Assembly (NCBI GenBank): GCA_965250285.1
Contig: OZ252299.1
Coordinates: 5,760,001-5,824,000 of the forward strand
DNA: 64,000 bases
Origin: Myxococcota bacterium
GTDB lineage: Bacteria; Myxococcota_A; UBA9160; UBA4427
Direction: 5' to 3'
Positions within the stretch are counted from its first letter, which is position 1, and each line of letters begins with the position of its first letter. Positions 1-9,887 of the stretch are shown here, in pieces. Under the pieces are notes generated by a model, which saw nothing but the letters and a program-made list of their open reading frames with translations, was not told where the DNA came from and did no database searches. The translations under genes were made by a program, and so were the position numbers.

Positions 1-1017
1 GTCACTCACGCGCCGCAGCTCCTGCTGCACGTCTTCGGGCAGCTCACGCAGATGAACGCCCTTCGCCGCCTGGCCCTCGAGCACTGGGCCCTGGATCGCT
101 TCAGCACGGGCGAGATTGCGAAGCACCGAGCTCGTGCAAGCGGTCTCGATCAGCGCCTGGTCGGCTGCGGCGAGCGCGTCGAAGCGCTCGGTGTTCACGA
201 CCAGGTGAAACGCGCTGAACGGCTGATGCCAGCCGGGGAAGTAGTTGTACTTCGCGATGCGATCGAAGCCGAGCCGCTCGTCGACCACGGGCAGCGAGAA
301 CTCGGTCGCATCGATCGCCCCCTTCTCGAGCGCCTGAAAGATCTCGCCGCCCGGCAGCATCGTCACCGACGCGCCGAGTCGCTGCATCACCTTGCCGCCG
401 ATGCCCGCGAATCGGATCTTGAGGCCGACGACGTCGTCGAGCGTCACGATCTCTTCGCGAAACCAGCCGGCCGTCTCGGGGCCGATGAGACCACAGAGGA
501 TCGGGCGAATGCCGAGCGGCGCGTAGATCTCGTCGGCGAGCGCGCTTCCGCCGCCTTCGTACCACCAGGCCGCGAAGCCGATGGGCTCGAGCCCAAACGG
601 CACGGCCCCGAACAGCACCGATGCGGGCAGCTTGCCCTGGTCGTAGCCGAGCCACGTGTAGCCGGCCGCGGTCTTGTCGGCGCGCACCGCGTCGACGATC
701 TGGAACGGCGGTACCAGGGTGCCGGGCTCGAAGACCTCGAGTCGAATGCGCCCGCCCGAGGCGTCGGCGACGGCGTTCTGCAGATCGAGTGCGTTGTCGC
801 CCAGGGCCGGGAGGTTGGTCGAGAACGCCACCGGCATGCGCCATCGCACGGTCTCGCCGTTCGCGCCCTCTGCGTGGGTCGATTCGACGCGCGTGGCCGG
901 TCGCAGCGCCAGCGACACGATGGTGCCGACGACGAACGCCGCGGCGACGGCGATCACCGCGGCCCGGTTCGAAACGCCCCGGGTGCGCTCGTTGGTTCGA
1001 TCCGGCTCGGCCGGCAT
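1..1017 (-). CDS. dctP: TRAP transporter substrate-binding protein (DctP/TakP-like); 3' end runs off the window
   Basis: Not in the ORF track because there is no stop in the window. Manual translation from ATG 1017 gives an N-terminal hydrophobic anchor, then VRWRMPVAF, SGGRIRLEVFEPG, GLKIRFAGIGGKVMQRLGA, GEIFQALEKGAIDATE, KYNYFPGWHQP. Confidence 0.9.
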   Translation of the reverse strand, partial: MPAEPDRTNERTRGVSNRAAVIAVAAAFVVGTIVSLALRPATRVESTHAEGANGETVRWRMPVAFSTNLPALGDNALDLQNAVADASGGRIRLEVFEPGTLVPPFQIVDAVRADKTAAGYTWLGYDQGKLPASVLFGAVPFGLEPIGFAAWWYEGGGSALADEIYAPLGIRPILCGLIGPETAGWFREEIVTLDDVVGLKIRFAGIGGKVMQRLGASVTMLPGGEIFQALEKGAIDATEFSLPVVDERLGFDRIAKYNYFPGWHQPFSAFHLVVNTERFDALAAADQALIETACTSSVLRNLARAEAIQGPVLEGQAAKGVHLRELPEDVQQELRRVSD

Positions 1018-1091
1018 GCCTGTCCCCGCCGCAGCGGGCCGCATGCCCGCGCGGGTTCAGTCTACCGGGGATCGCGGGGCGCGGGGGTGCC

Positions 1092-2105
1092 TCAGGCCGC
1101 TTCGCGCAGCGGCTCGGGGGCGTCGCTTCGGCGCGCGTAGGCCCGCGCCGGCGGCTGCTTGAGATCCCACACGAGGCCGAGCTTCGAGAGGCCGAGCAGC
1201 ACGTAGTAGGTGATGTCGACCTCCCACCAGAAGAAGCCCTGGCGGGTCGAGCTCTGGTGGTAGTGATGGTTGTTGTGCCAGCCCTCACCGAGGGTCAGCA
1301 ACGCGAGGAGCCAGCTGTTGCGGCTGTCATCGCCCGTTTCGTAGCGCACGCGCCCGAGTCGGTGGGCGAGCGAATTGATGCAGTACGTCGCGTGCCAGAG
1401 CAGCACGGTCGAGACGACCATGCCCCAGACGAGGCCCGAGAAGCCGCCGATCGAGAAGCACGCGAAAGCCCAGAGGAGCGGCGGGACGAAGTGGTACTTG
1501 TTCAGCCAGACGAGCTCGGGGTAGCGCGCGAGATCGCGCACCTGATCCATCCGCGTGTCGTCCCACCGACCGTCGAAGATCCAGCCCTGATGCGCATGCC
1601 AGAAGCCCTTGCGGGGCGAGTGCGGATCGAGCTCGGTATCGGAGTGGCGATGGTGCAGGCGGTGGACGCCGGCCCACCAGAGCGGGCCCTTCTGCACGGC
1701 GGAAGCCCCGATCACGCCGAGGAGGAACTGGAACGGGCGGCTCGTCTTGTACGTTCGATGCGAGAAGTAGCGGTGGTACGCGCCGGTGATGCCGAACATC
1801 CGCACCCAGAACGCGCCGAGGCAGAGAGCGAGGTCGGTCGCGTCGACACCGGTGTACAGCACGAAGAGCGCCGATGCGTGGATGCCCCAGTAGACTGCGT
1901 TCGACACCGCGCGCTCGCGGCGGCCGTCGAATTCGATGCGGTCCGGCGGATCGGCCGGCGCGATCGACTCGACCGCAGCGAAGGTGCCGGGTGCGTCGAC
2001 TCCACTCGGCTCGGGTGCCGAGGTCGCTGCGAGGCGCTCGAGGCTCACCGGGCCTTCGTGCTCCTCGACCTCGAAGTGACCGCGGCTCTGCGGGCTGTCG
2101 CTCAT
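1092..2105 (-). CDS. Acyl-CoA (delta-9 type) fatty acid desaturase
   Basis: Three His boxes HRYFSH, HRLHH, HNNHH within GEGWHNNHH; GAGGAG RBS before ATG 2105. Confidence 0.93.
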   Translation of the reverse strand: MSDSPQSRGHFEVEEHEGPVSLERLAATSAPEPSGVDAPGTFAAVESIAPADPPDRIEFDGRRERAVSNAVYWGIHASALFVLYTGVDATDLALCLGAFWVRMFGITGAYHRYFSHRTYKTSRPFQFLLGVIGASAVQKGPLWWAGVHRLHHRHSDTELDPHSPRKGFWHAHQGWIFDGRWDDTRMDQVRDLARYPELVWLNKYHFVPPLLWAFACFSIGGFSGLVWGMVVSTVLLWHATYCINSLAHRLGRVRYETGDDSRNSWLLALLTLGEGWHNNHHYHQSSTRQGFFWWEVDITYYVLLGLSKLGLVWDLKQPPARAYARRSDAPEPLREAA

Positions 2106-2196
2106 CAGGGCTCCTCGCACACGGGGGGTGGGCGCCGGGATCGAACACCCTACGAGCTGCTTCGGAAGAACGCGCATGCGGCGCGGTCAAAATTCT

Positions 2197-2227
2197 GTAA
2201 AACCCTGCAAAATCAGGGCTTTTTTAC
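2197..2227. promoter_or_regulatory. AT-rich imperfect palindrome in the divergent desaturase/oxidoreductase promoter region
   Basis: GTAAAACCCTG-CAAAAT-CAGGGCTTTTTTAC in an otherwise GC-rich intergenic region. Confidence 0.35.
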
Positions 2228-2370
2228 ACTTCTCGCACACGCGTGTCGCACCGGGTGAGGCCTTCGCCACGCGGTGATCTCGGGACGCGCCGGCGCGTGC
2301 AGCGCGTGTTCTATCGTCGGCCGTCACCCCGACCGCGCTGGGCGGCTCGGGCAAACGAGAAGGGTGCGCC

Positions 2371-3348
2371 ATGAAGGTCGTCGTCTGCAGAGAGCTCGCG
2401 CCGCCGGAGAAGCTCGTCGTCGAGGAGTGGCCCGATCTCGATGCGACGCCCGATGGCGTGGTGATCGACGTCCACGCGTGCGGTCTCAACTTCGTCGACA
2501 CGCTGATGATCCAGGGCCAGTACCAGATTCGACCCGAGCCGCCCTTCGTGCCCGGCAGTGAGGTGGCGGGGGTCGTGGCGAAGGTCGGCGCCGACGTCCG
2601 AGACGCGAAGGTCGGCGACCGGGTGCTCTTCATGTGCGGCATGAACGGCTTCGCCGAGCAGGTGGTTGCGCCGTCGAAGCGACTCATCCATCTGCCGGAT
2701 GGTCTCGCCTTCGCGCCGGCGACGGCGTTGATGCAGAGCTACTGCACGGCGCTGCATGCGTTGCAGACGCGGGGCGATATCGCAGAGGGTGAGACCGTGC
2801 TCGTGCTCGGCGCCGCGGGCGGCGTCGGCAGCGCCGCGATCGACGTGGCGACCGCGTTCGGCGCGAAGGTCATCGCGGCCTGCGGGAGCGAAGAGAAGGT
2901 GCAGGCGTGCCTCGATCGGGGTGCCTTCGCCGGCGTCGACTACTCGAAGGAAGACCTGAAGAAGCGCGTGAAGGAGATCGCGCCCGGCGGCGTCGACATC
3001 GTCTACGACCCGATCGGCGATCGCTACGCCGATCCCGCGCTGCGCACCCTCGGCTTCGGGGGTCGCTATCTCGTGATCGGCTTCGCGGCCGGCGAGATCC
3101 CGGCGGTGCCCTTCAACCTGATGCTGCTCAAGCAGTGTCAGGTCGTCGGTGTCAACTGGGGCGGATGGGCCAGCGCGCATCCTCAGGAGAACGCCCAGCT
3201 CTTCGACCAGCTGCTCGCGCTCTACGAGCAGGGCAAGATCGATCCGCCGACGCCCCAGTCGTGGCGGCTCGACGACGCCAGCGACGCGCTGCGCGCGCTG
3301 ATGGACCGCAAGGTGATCGGCAAGGGCGCGCTCGTGATGCGCGACTGA
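2371..3348 (+). CDS. NADPH:quinone oxidoreductase family (zinc-independent MDR)
   Basis: GLNFVD, PFVPGSEVAG, VLVLGAAGGVG, GRYLVIGFAAG motifs; 325 aa. Confidence 0.92.
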   Translation: MKVVVCRELAPPEKLVVEEWPDLDATPDGVVIDVHACGLNFVDTLMIQGQYQIRPEPPFVPGSEVAGVVAKVGADVRDAKVGDRVLFMCGMNGFAEQVVAPSKRLIHLPDGLAFAPATALMQSYCTALHALQTRGDIAEGETVLVLGAAGGVGSAAIDVATAFGAKVIAACGSEEKVQACLDRGAFAGVDYSKEDLKKRVKEIAPGGVDIVYDPIGDRYADPALRTLGFGGRYLVIGFAAGEIPAVPFNLMLLKQCQVVGVNWGGWASAHPQENAQLFDQLLALYEQGKIDPPTPQSWRLDDASDALRALMDRKVIGKGALVMRD

Positions 3349-3399
3349 CCCGATTCGTCCCGAACCTCCTTCCCCACCGCGCCCGATTCGAGACCCCGC

Positions 3400-4107
3400 A
3401 TGAGCGAAGAAGACGACCGCCGAAAGGCTTTCTTCGAGAGCCGCTTCGATACCACCAAGCACACCGGCGCCGAGAAGTGGGCCGAGAAGCGACGTCTGGC
3501 GAACGCCATGCGACTCGTCATCGAGCGCCTGGTGCCGAGTGATGCGCCCGAGGATGAGCTGCGCACGGCCGCCGATGCCCTCGAACGCTACGCCGAGCAG
3601 CTCAAGTCGCATGCGCGTCTCAAGCGCATGTCGGGGCACGCCGAGAGCGCCAACGCCGGGGACGTCGGGGCGTTCTTCGACCAGAGTCCGCTGATCGGGC
3701 TCGCCAACCCGCTCGCCCCGCCGATCGAGATGGGCAAGACGAGCGACACGACCGCTTCGGGCTTCGTGACCTTCGGCTCGGCGTACGAAGGCCCGCCCGG
3801 CTCGGTGCACGGCGGCTTCGTCGCCGCCGCGTTCGACGAAGTGCTCGGCTTCGTGCAGTCGCTCTCGGGCCGCGGTGGATTCACGGGCACGCTGACGATC
3901 CGCTACCGCAAGCCCACGCCGCTGCACACCGAGCTGCGATTCGATGGGCAGCTCACGGGCACCGAAGGGCGCAAGATCTTCTGTGAGGGACAGCTGTTCG
4001 CGGGCGACATGCTCTGCGCCGAGGCCGACGGCATCTTCGTCACCGTGGACGAGGAGCGCTGGGAGGCGCTCGAGAAGAAGCGCGAAGAGATGGAGAAGAC
4101 GCTCTAG
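3400..4107 (+). CDS. PaaI-family (hotdog fold) thioesterase
   Basis: NPLAPP, YEGPPGSVHGGFVAAAFDEVLG, TGTLTIRYRKPTPL. Confidence 0.88.
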   Translation: MSEEDDRRKAFFESRFDTTKHTGAEKWAEKRRLANAMRLVIERLVPSDAPEDELRTAADALERYAEQLKSHARLKRMSGHAESANAGDVGAFFDQSPLIGLANPLAPPIEMGKTSDTTASGFVTFGSAYEGPPGSVHGGFVAAAFDEVLGFVQSLSGRGGFTGTLTIRYRKPTPLHTELRFDGQLTGTEGRKIFCEGQLFAGDMLCAEADGIFVTVDEERWEALEKKREEMEKTL

Positions 4108-4756
4108 GGCACCTCTGCCCGGTCCGCGCGGTGCCAGGGCCGGGGCAGGCGGGGGCACCGTGCTCAGACATTCTCGGCGCGACCTGTCTGGGAAGCTCGT
4201 TTGTTGCGCCCGTCGCGCCTGCGAACTGCGCGCGGTACCCCCGCCTGCCCCGGCCTCGAGAGGCTGTGCCAGGGCGGGGGCAGGCGGGGGCACCGTGCTC
4301 AGACATTCTCGGCGCGACCTGTCTGGGAAGCTCGTTTGTTGCGCCCGTCGCGCCTGCGAACTGCGCGCGGTCCCCCCGCCTGCCCCGGCCTCGAGAGGCT
4401 GTGCCAGGGCGGGGGCAGGCGGGGGCACCGTGCTCAGACATTCTCGGCGCGACCTGTCTGGGAAGCTCGTTTGTTGCGCCCGTCGCGCCTGCGAACTGCG
4501 CGCGGTCCCCCCGCCTGCCCCGGCCTCGAGAGGCTGTGCCAGGGCCGGGGCAGGCGGGGGCACCGTGCTCGGACATTCTCGGCGCGACCTGCCTTGGAAG
4601 CTCGTTTGTTGCGCCCGTCGCGCCTGCGAACTGCGCGCGGTACCCCCGCCTGCCCCGGCCTCGGGACGCTTCGGTGGGTGCGCAGCACTCGCTTCCGGTG
4701 GCGTCGGTTTGGGTCGCGTCGCGGCGCGTGCGTGGGCGAGTTCTGCAGAGCGTTCC
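4108..4756. mobile_element. Non-autonomous palindromic MITE-like element containing four tandem 135-bp hairpin units
   Basis: Begins right after CTAG (the stop of the upstream gene) with GGCACCTCTGC and ends GGGCGAGTTCTGCAGAGCGTTCC. Similar ends and the same core recur at 55617-55930. No transposase. Confidence 0.6.
4131..4675. repeat. Tandem repeat, 4 x 135 bp, each unit a long inverted repeat
   Basis: Units start at 4131, 4266, 4401, 4536. Outer arms GGCCGGGGCAGGCGGGGGCACCGTGC / GCGCGGTACCCCCGCCTGCCCCGGCC; inner arms GGCGCGAC / GTCGCGCC. Confidence 0.97.
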
Positions 4757-4900
4757 ACTCCTCCTCTCCCTCATGACTTCGCGTGGCTTCCCGGGCAAGG
4801 CACGCCGGCGGGGCGTTGCGACTGGGCGCTACCGTCTGCTGTCGAGTGTGGCGCTGCTCTGCGCCCGCGACGCGCCTGATCGAGGCCCGAGGAGAGACCC

Positions 4901-6022
4901 ATGCGCACCGAACTCTGTGAGAAGCTCGGCATCGAGTTCCCCATCTTCGCGTTCACGCACTGCCGCGACGTGGCCGCCGCCGTCAGCAACGCAGGCGGCC
5001 TCGGCGTGCTCGGTGCGGTCGGCTTCTCGGCCGAGCAGCTCGCCATCGAGCTCGACTGGATCGATGACCACGTCGGCGACAAGCCCTATGGCGTCGACAT
5101 CGTGATCCCCGGCAAGTACGAAGGGAAGGGCGAGTCGGATGTGGGCAAGCTCGAGAAGCAGCTGCGCGACATGGTGCCCGACGAACACCGCGCCTTCGCG
5201 AAGCAGCTGCTGGCCGATCATGGCGTGCCCGAGCTGCCCGACGGCGAGGAGGCCCGTGAGCTGCTCGGGTGGACCGCCGCCACCGCGGGGCCGCTCGTCG
5301 AGACGACGCTCAAGCACGACAAGGTCAAGCTCGTCGCAAACGCGCTCGGGACGCCGCCCGCCGACGTCGTGGCCGACATTCAGGCCACGGGCCGGCTCGT
5401 TGGAGCACTCTGCGGCAGCGTCAAGCACGCCAAGGCGCATCAGGCGGCCGGCCTCGACTTCATCATTGCGCAGGGGTCCGAGGGGGGCGGTCACACCGGC
5501 GAGGTCGGCTCGATCGTGCTGTGGCCCCAGATCATCGACGCCGTCGCGCCGCTGCCCGTGCTCGCCGCCGGTGGCATCGGCAGCGGACGCCAGATGGCGG
5601 CCGCCATGGCGCTGGGGGCCGCGGGTGCGTGGACGGGCTCGATCTGGCTGACGGTCGAAGAGGCCGAGGCCGAGGCGGCCGAGAAGCAGTCGTACTTCGA
5701 TGCGACGAGCAACGACACCGTGCGCTCCCGGTCGTACACGGGCAAGCCCTGTCGCATGCTGAAGAACGACTGGACCGAGGCGTGGGCGTCGAGCGAGACG
5801 CCCGACCCGCTCGGCATGCCGCTGCAGTTCATGGTGACGGCCGACGCCGTGTCGCGGACGCACCGCTACGCCGACAAGGCGCAGAAGGTCGCGTTCAACC
5901 CCGTCGGTCAGATCGTCGGCGTCATGAACGAGCAGAACTCGGTGCGCGACGTCGTTCAGCAGATGGTCGAGGAGTACGTCGACGCGATGGACCGCGTCAA
6001 TGCGCTGAACGAGAGCGCTTGA
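4901..6022 (+). CDS. Nitronate monooxygenase / FabK-like FMN-dependent oxidoreductase
   Basis: AAAVSNAGGLGVLG, IAQGSEGGGHTG, PVLAAGGIGSG; GAGGAG RBS. Confidence 0.9.
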   Translation: MRTELCEKLGIEFPIFAFTHCRDVAAAVSNAGGLGVLGAVGFSAEQLAIELDWIDDHVGDKPYGVDIVIPGKYEGKGESDVGKLEKQLRDMVPDEHRAFAKQLLADHGVPELPDGEEARELLGWTAATAGPLVETTLKHDKVKLVANALGTPPADVVADIQATGRLVGALCGSVKHAKAHQAAGLDFIIAQGSEGGGHTGEVGSIVLWPQIIDAVAPLPVLAAGGIGSGRQMAAAMALGAAGAWTGSIWLTVEEAEAEAAEKQSYFDATSNDTVRSRSYTGKPCRMLKNDWTEAWASSETPDPLGMPLQFMVTADAVSRTHRYADKAQKVAFNPVGQIVGVMNEQNSVRDVVQQMVEEYVDAMDRVNALNESA

Positions 6023-6038
6023 TCAGACGACCGCTGGT

Positions 6039-6794
6039 CTAGTTGTCCATCGAAGCCGGCGGCGGCACGATCGGCAGAACGAACGACTGCATCGACTCTG
6101 CCCCCCGGCTGTCGCGGACGACGATCTCGACGTCGTGCTCGCCGGCCTGGTTCGCATCGGGCCGCCAGGTCAGCTCGCCCGAGTGCGCATCGATCTGCAT
6201 CCCGGCCGGGCTCGTCGCGAGCTCGTAGCGCAGCGGTGCGTCGCCCTCGGTGTCGCTCGCTTCGACGACGTAGCGGTAGACGCCGTCGTACATCTGTGCA
6301 GGGGGCGTCGAAGTGATCGACGGCGCGGCGTTCGCGATCTCGACCATCCGGCTGGCCGCGGTCGCCCCGGCGGTCTGGCCATCGTGCGGCGTCGCCTCGG
6401 CGTGGAACCGATCGCCCCGATTGCTCGAACGCGGGTCGAAGCTGACTTCGCCCTTCGCGGCGGCTTCGCCGTTCACGATCCACGCGACGGTCACGTCGAC
6501 GTCGTCACCATCGGGGTCGTCCGTCACGAACTCGGCGTGCCAGACGCCCTCGTCGTCCTCGGCGATCGTGAGCGATCGCACGACCGGCGGTCGATTGTCG
6601 GGCTCGACCGTCGAGCGCCGCACGTAGGCGGGCTCACGCTGGCGTCGCTGTTCGTGCTTCGGCTCTGCCGCGGCGCTGGGCTCCGGCGCTGCCTCGACGA
6701 TGTCGACAGGCGGCGGCGGCTCGCTGCCGCAGGCCAACACGCCGGCGACCGCCGTGCTCGCGAGCACGGCCACGATCATCTTCGTCCCGGTCAT
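6039..6794 (-). CDS. Lipoprotein with Ig-like/cadherin-like domains, last gene of the pilus cluster
   Basis: Lipobox-like VLAC; NRPPVV..DPDGD and NAAPSITSTPP..YRYVVEASDTEGD..PAGMQID..GELTW repeats; 22 bp downstream of pilY1 with GAGGGAGGGG RBS. Confidence 0.7.
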   Translation of the reverse strand: MTGTKMIVAVLASTAVAGVLACGSEPPPPVDIVEAAPEPSAAAEPKHEQRRQREPAYVRRSTVEPDNRPPVVRSLTIAEDDEGVWHAEFVTDDPDGDDVDVTVAWIVNGEAAAKGEVSFDPRSSNRGDRFHAEATPHDGQTAGATAASRMVEIANAAPSITSTPPAQMYDGVYRYVVEASDTEGDAPLRYELATSPAGMQIDAHSGELTWRPDANQAGEHDVEIVVRDSRGAESMQSFVLPIVPPPASMDN

Positions 6795-6816
6795 CGTCCC
6801 CTCCCTCGTCGATGCC

Positions 6817-9800
6817 CTAGAAGTTCTGCTTCCAATAGATCATGGCTGCGTTGCCGTCGTCGCGCGGCGGCGCGTCCTCCATGATCACCTTGCCCTTCGA
6901 GGTCTTGACGAAGAGCTTGTCGAGCGTGGGATCGGTCGACATCGAAATGCGCGGTGCGCTGGCCATGCCGGCGCCGACGCTCGTGCGTCGGGCGTCGTCG
7001 TAGGCGGCGAGGCCGGCGCCGTAGAGTCCCTGTCCGCCGACGACCTGGAATTGGTAGACGAACGACTCACCGCTTGCGGCGGTGCAGGGGTCGGTCGTCT
7101 CGGGCAGGTAGCTGACGGCCTGGACGAAGCCGGCGAAGGTGCTGAAGTCGTTGACGAACTTCTCGCTCTCGCGCGCGACGATGTAGTAGCCATCGTTGTT
7201 CGCATTGATGTCGTACTGAGCGACGGTGATGTCGTCGAGATTCGTCCCCTCGACGACCACCCGATCGAATGCGTTCGGTCCGGTCGGGAACTTGTCGCGG
7301 ACGACGTAGAAGCGGTTCTCGTCGTCGCTCCCCGCGTCGCCCAGAGAGCGCAGGTCCTGGCGTTCACCCGTGCCGAACGCGAGCATCAGCGAGCCACGCG
7401 AGAAGCTCGCGCTCGGCGGGAAGAACAGGTTGCGGTAGTGGTTGACGCCACCACCGAGGGCCGTCACCGGCGCCTTGAACACGACGCCGACATCCCAGTT
7501 CGAGACCGGCGAGCCGATGCCGACATCGGAGATGTCCCACTTCCAGAGCTGTCCGCCGAGGTCGCCCACGTAGACGACGTCCGCGAAGCCATCGGCGTTC
7601 AGGTCGAGCACGGCGGGCGTGCTCGGGATCGCGTACTTCATCTCGGAAAGGCCAACCGAGGTCGAGTTGTTGTTCGAGTCGGTCTTGCTCACGACGTCGC
7701 TGGCGTCGTACGCCACCTTCGCGACGATGCTGCCGTCCTCGAGGTCGACCATGTAGATCGCCCGTCCGACGTCGTTGACCGCTGGATCGACGAACGTGCC
7801 CGAGTTCGGGTCGCCCTCGTCGTTCGGCGTATAGCCGCCACCGAAGATCGCCACCCAGCGCTCGACGCAGTTGCCGTCCCCGTTGTCGGCGCCACAGTTG
7901 TCGCCGGCACTGCCTGCGCGCAGCTTGACGCGCGTGATCACGGGCTCGGACCAGGTCTGGCCCAGCTCGGAATCGGTGAACTCCCAGAGGAACCCGGGAT
8001 AGGTGCCGGCGCTCGGGTTGGTGACGTCGAGGGCGAGGTAGCTGTCGCCGCCCTCGCGCATGCCCATCACCATCACGGTCGCCCACTCGCTGGCGTCCTT
8101 GCTGATGTCGGTGCCGGTGCCATCGCCCAGCCAGGCGTCGGCGATCGCCGGCGTTCCGTCGACGAAGTAGTTCACGTGCGTGCTGTTGAGCGGCACGTTG
8201 CGTACGTGATCGAGCATGTCGCCGGGTACGAAGCCGAAGAGCTCTTCGCCGTCGCCGTCCCCGTAGTAGTAGGTCTCGGTCTCGGTCGGGGTGCCGGGAT
8301 CGTCGCCGACGTTATAGGAGCCGCCGTCGAACGCATGCAGCAGGCCGTCGTTGGCGCCCACGTACACGATCCGGTCACGCTGGAGATTGCTCGTGTAGAA
8401 GGTGTCGTAGCCCGGCTCGCCGCGCAGGAATCGCGAGGGCCGCCCGACGATACGCGGCGACGAGTGGAAGATGTCGCCGAGGACGACGCTGCGCATCTCG
8501 GTGTAGTTGTTGTCGTCGTCGTCGTCGAAGCCGTCCTTGCCGTGCAGGAACTGCATGAGCGCAGTGACGAGCTCGCCTTCGGTATCGACGTCGGAGGTCG
8601 CCGAGTTGGGGTACCCCCCGATCTCCACGGCCGAGATGCCGTTGATGCCGAGATCCGTCGCCGTGATGTTGGCGAGTGTGAAATCGACGCGGGCACCGGC
8701 CTTGTTCGTGTACAGGTTGCGGACCGTATCGCCCGCGAGCTCGGCCGCCGCGTCCCAGTACGGACTCGGCGGGTCATTGAACTCGCCCGAGATCGGGTCG
8801 ATGGCCGGCGTCGAGCCGTCCGACTCGACGATCGTACCGTCGGCGAGCAGGCCATAGGCCTCGAGGTGCCCGGGCCACATCGGCTCGTCGGGGTCGGGCG
8901 CGAAGTACGCATTGTAGAACGAAGCATCGAAGAGCGTTCGGCTCGTCGGCACGACCGCCGTCGAGAACGTCGCCTCGTCATCGTAGATCGACGTCGTGAT
9001 GTTGCCGAGCGCCGAGGCGAGATCGCCCGCCTGGCTCGTGGTGTAGTAGGTCCCACCACCGTCGGCCGCGATGTTCTGCAGATAGGTATCGTCGATGGCG
9101 AAGCCGATCACGTGTGTGATGACGTTCTGCCGTTCGCTCATCGAGGTTCCGGCACGGAAGTCGCGACCGAGTGCGAACGCGGTGATGTCGTCGGCAAAGG
9201 GCTCGTTCTCGACTCCGACGTCTGCCGCGACCTCCGCGTTGTCGCCGTCCGCGTCCCCCACCGTGGCCCAGTAGTTCGAGAGCACGATTTCGTCGCGATG
9301 GGCCAGACCGTCCGTGATGTAGATGACGTAGGTGTTGCGGCAGTTGAGGTCCCAAGGGTCGACCCAGGCCGAACCATCCTCACCGCTGCGCGCGCCCCAG
9401 GCCGGGATCGTGCCGAGCGGTTCGTTCGGACCGGCGAGATATCGCATGACGTCCAGCGCGGCACCCGAGATCGGCGTGCCCACGCTCGAACGCGAGGAGT
9501 TGTCGATGGCCGTGAGCATGGCCGCGGTCGCATTCGCTTGAATCGGATGCTGAAGCACTGCGCCGTCGGCGCGGAAGCCCATCAGGCCGAATCGGGCGTT
9601 GTCTTCGTAGACGCCGTCGCCGTCCGGATCATTGACCGAAGTGACCAGTGCCTTGATCTCGCGCTTGGCGATCGGCCGCTTGTCCTCGCAGCCGGTACAC
9701 GCCGGGTCATCCATCGAGCCCGATGTGTCGAGCAGGATGAGGATGTTCGGCGGCACGTCGCCCGTCGCCGAGAAGAGCTCGATGTCGGCCGGGCCCGCGA

Positions 9801-9885
9801 GGGCCTGCGCCGGCGTCAGCGCGAGCGCGGCCGCCCCGCAGATGGCCGCAGCGAGTGTGGAGCCTGTAAATCGATTCTTGGTCAT
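6817..9885 (-). CDS. pilY1: Type IV pilus tip adhesin PilY1/PilC with N-terminal vWA domain
   Basis: Signal peptide; MIDAS motif ILLDTSGSM; LGDIFHSSP, YVGANDGLLHAF, ELFGFVP, LGQTWSEP; Ca-binding loop DLNADGFAD; YVGDLGGQLW. Confidence 0.93.
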   Translation of the reverse strand: MTKNRFTGSTLAAAICGAAALALTPAQALAGPADIELFSATGDVPPNILILLDTSGSMDDPACTGCEDKRPIAKREIKALVTSVNDPDGDGVYEDNARFGLMGFRADGAVLQHPIQANATAAMLTAIDNSSRSSVGTPISGAALDVMRYLAGPNEPLGTIPAWGARSGEDGSAWVDPWDLNCRNTYVIYITDGLAHRDEIVLSNYWATVGDADGDNAEVAADVGVENEPFADDITAFALGRDFRAGTSMSERQNVITHVIGFAIDDTYLQNIAADGGGTYYTTSQAGDLASALGNITTSIYDDEATFSTAVVPTSRTLFDASFYNAYFAPDPDEPMWPGHLEAYGLLADGTIVESDGSTPAIDPISGEFNDPPSPYWDAAAELAGDTVRNLYTNKAGARVDFTLANITATDLGINGISAVEIGGYPNSATSDVDTEGELVTALMQFLHGKDGFDDDDDNNYTEMRSVVLGDIFHSSPRIVGRPSRFLRGEPGYDTFYTSNLQRDRIVYVGANDGLLHAFDGGSYNVGDDPGTPTETETYYYGDGDGEELFGFVPGDMLDHVRNVPLNSTHVNYFVDGTPAIADAWLGDGTGTDISKDASEWATVMVMGMREGGDSYLALDVTNPSAGTYPGFLWEFTDSELGQTWSEPVITRVKLRAGSAGDNCGADNGDGNCVERWVAIFGGGYTPNDEGDPNSGTFVDPAVNDVGRAIYMVDLEDGSIVAKVAYDASDVVSKTDSNNNSTSVGLSEMKYAIPSTPAVLDLNADGFADVVYVGDLGGQLWKWDISDVGIGSPVSNWDVGVVFKAPVTALGGGVNHYRNLFFPPSASFSRGSLMLAFGTGERQDLRSLGDAGSDDENRFYVVRDKFPTGPNAFDRVVVEGTNLDDITVAQYDINANNDGYYIVARESEKFVNDFSTFAGFVQAVSYLPETTDPCTAASGESFVYQFQVVGGQGLYGAGLAAYDDARRTSVGAGMASAPRISMSTDPTLDKLFVKTSKGKVIMEDAPPRDDGNAAMIYWKQNF

Positions 9886-9887
9886 GA

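Noticed and set aside
4108..4260. Integron attC sites or hammerhead ribozyme for the palindromes
   Set aside because: No RYYYAAC/GTTRRRY boxes, no integrase, and no CUGANGA/GAAA core in the right arrangement.
4131..4675. CRISPR array
   Set aside because: Units are 135 bp and near-identical throughout, with no unique spacers and no cas genes.
3944..5105. Repeat-protein ORFs across the 135-bp array
   Set aside because: 135 is divisible by 3 and GC is high, so several frames stay open; no RBS or consistent coding bias, and they overlap real genes.
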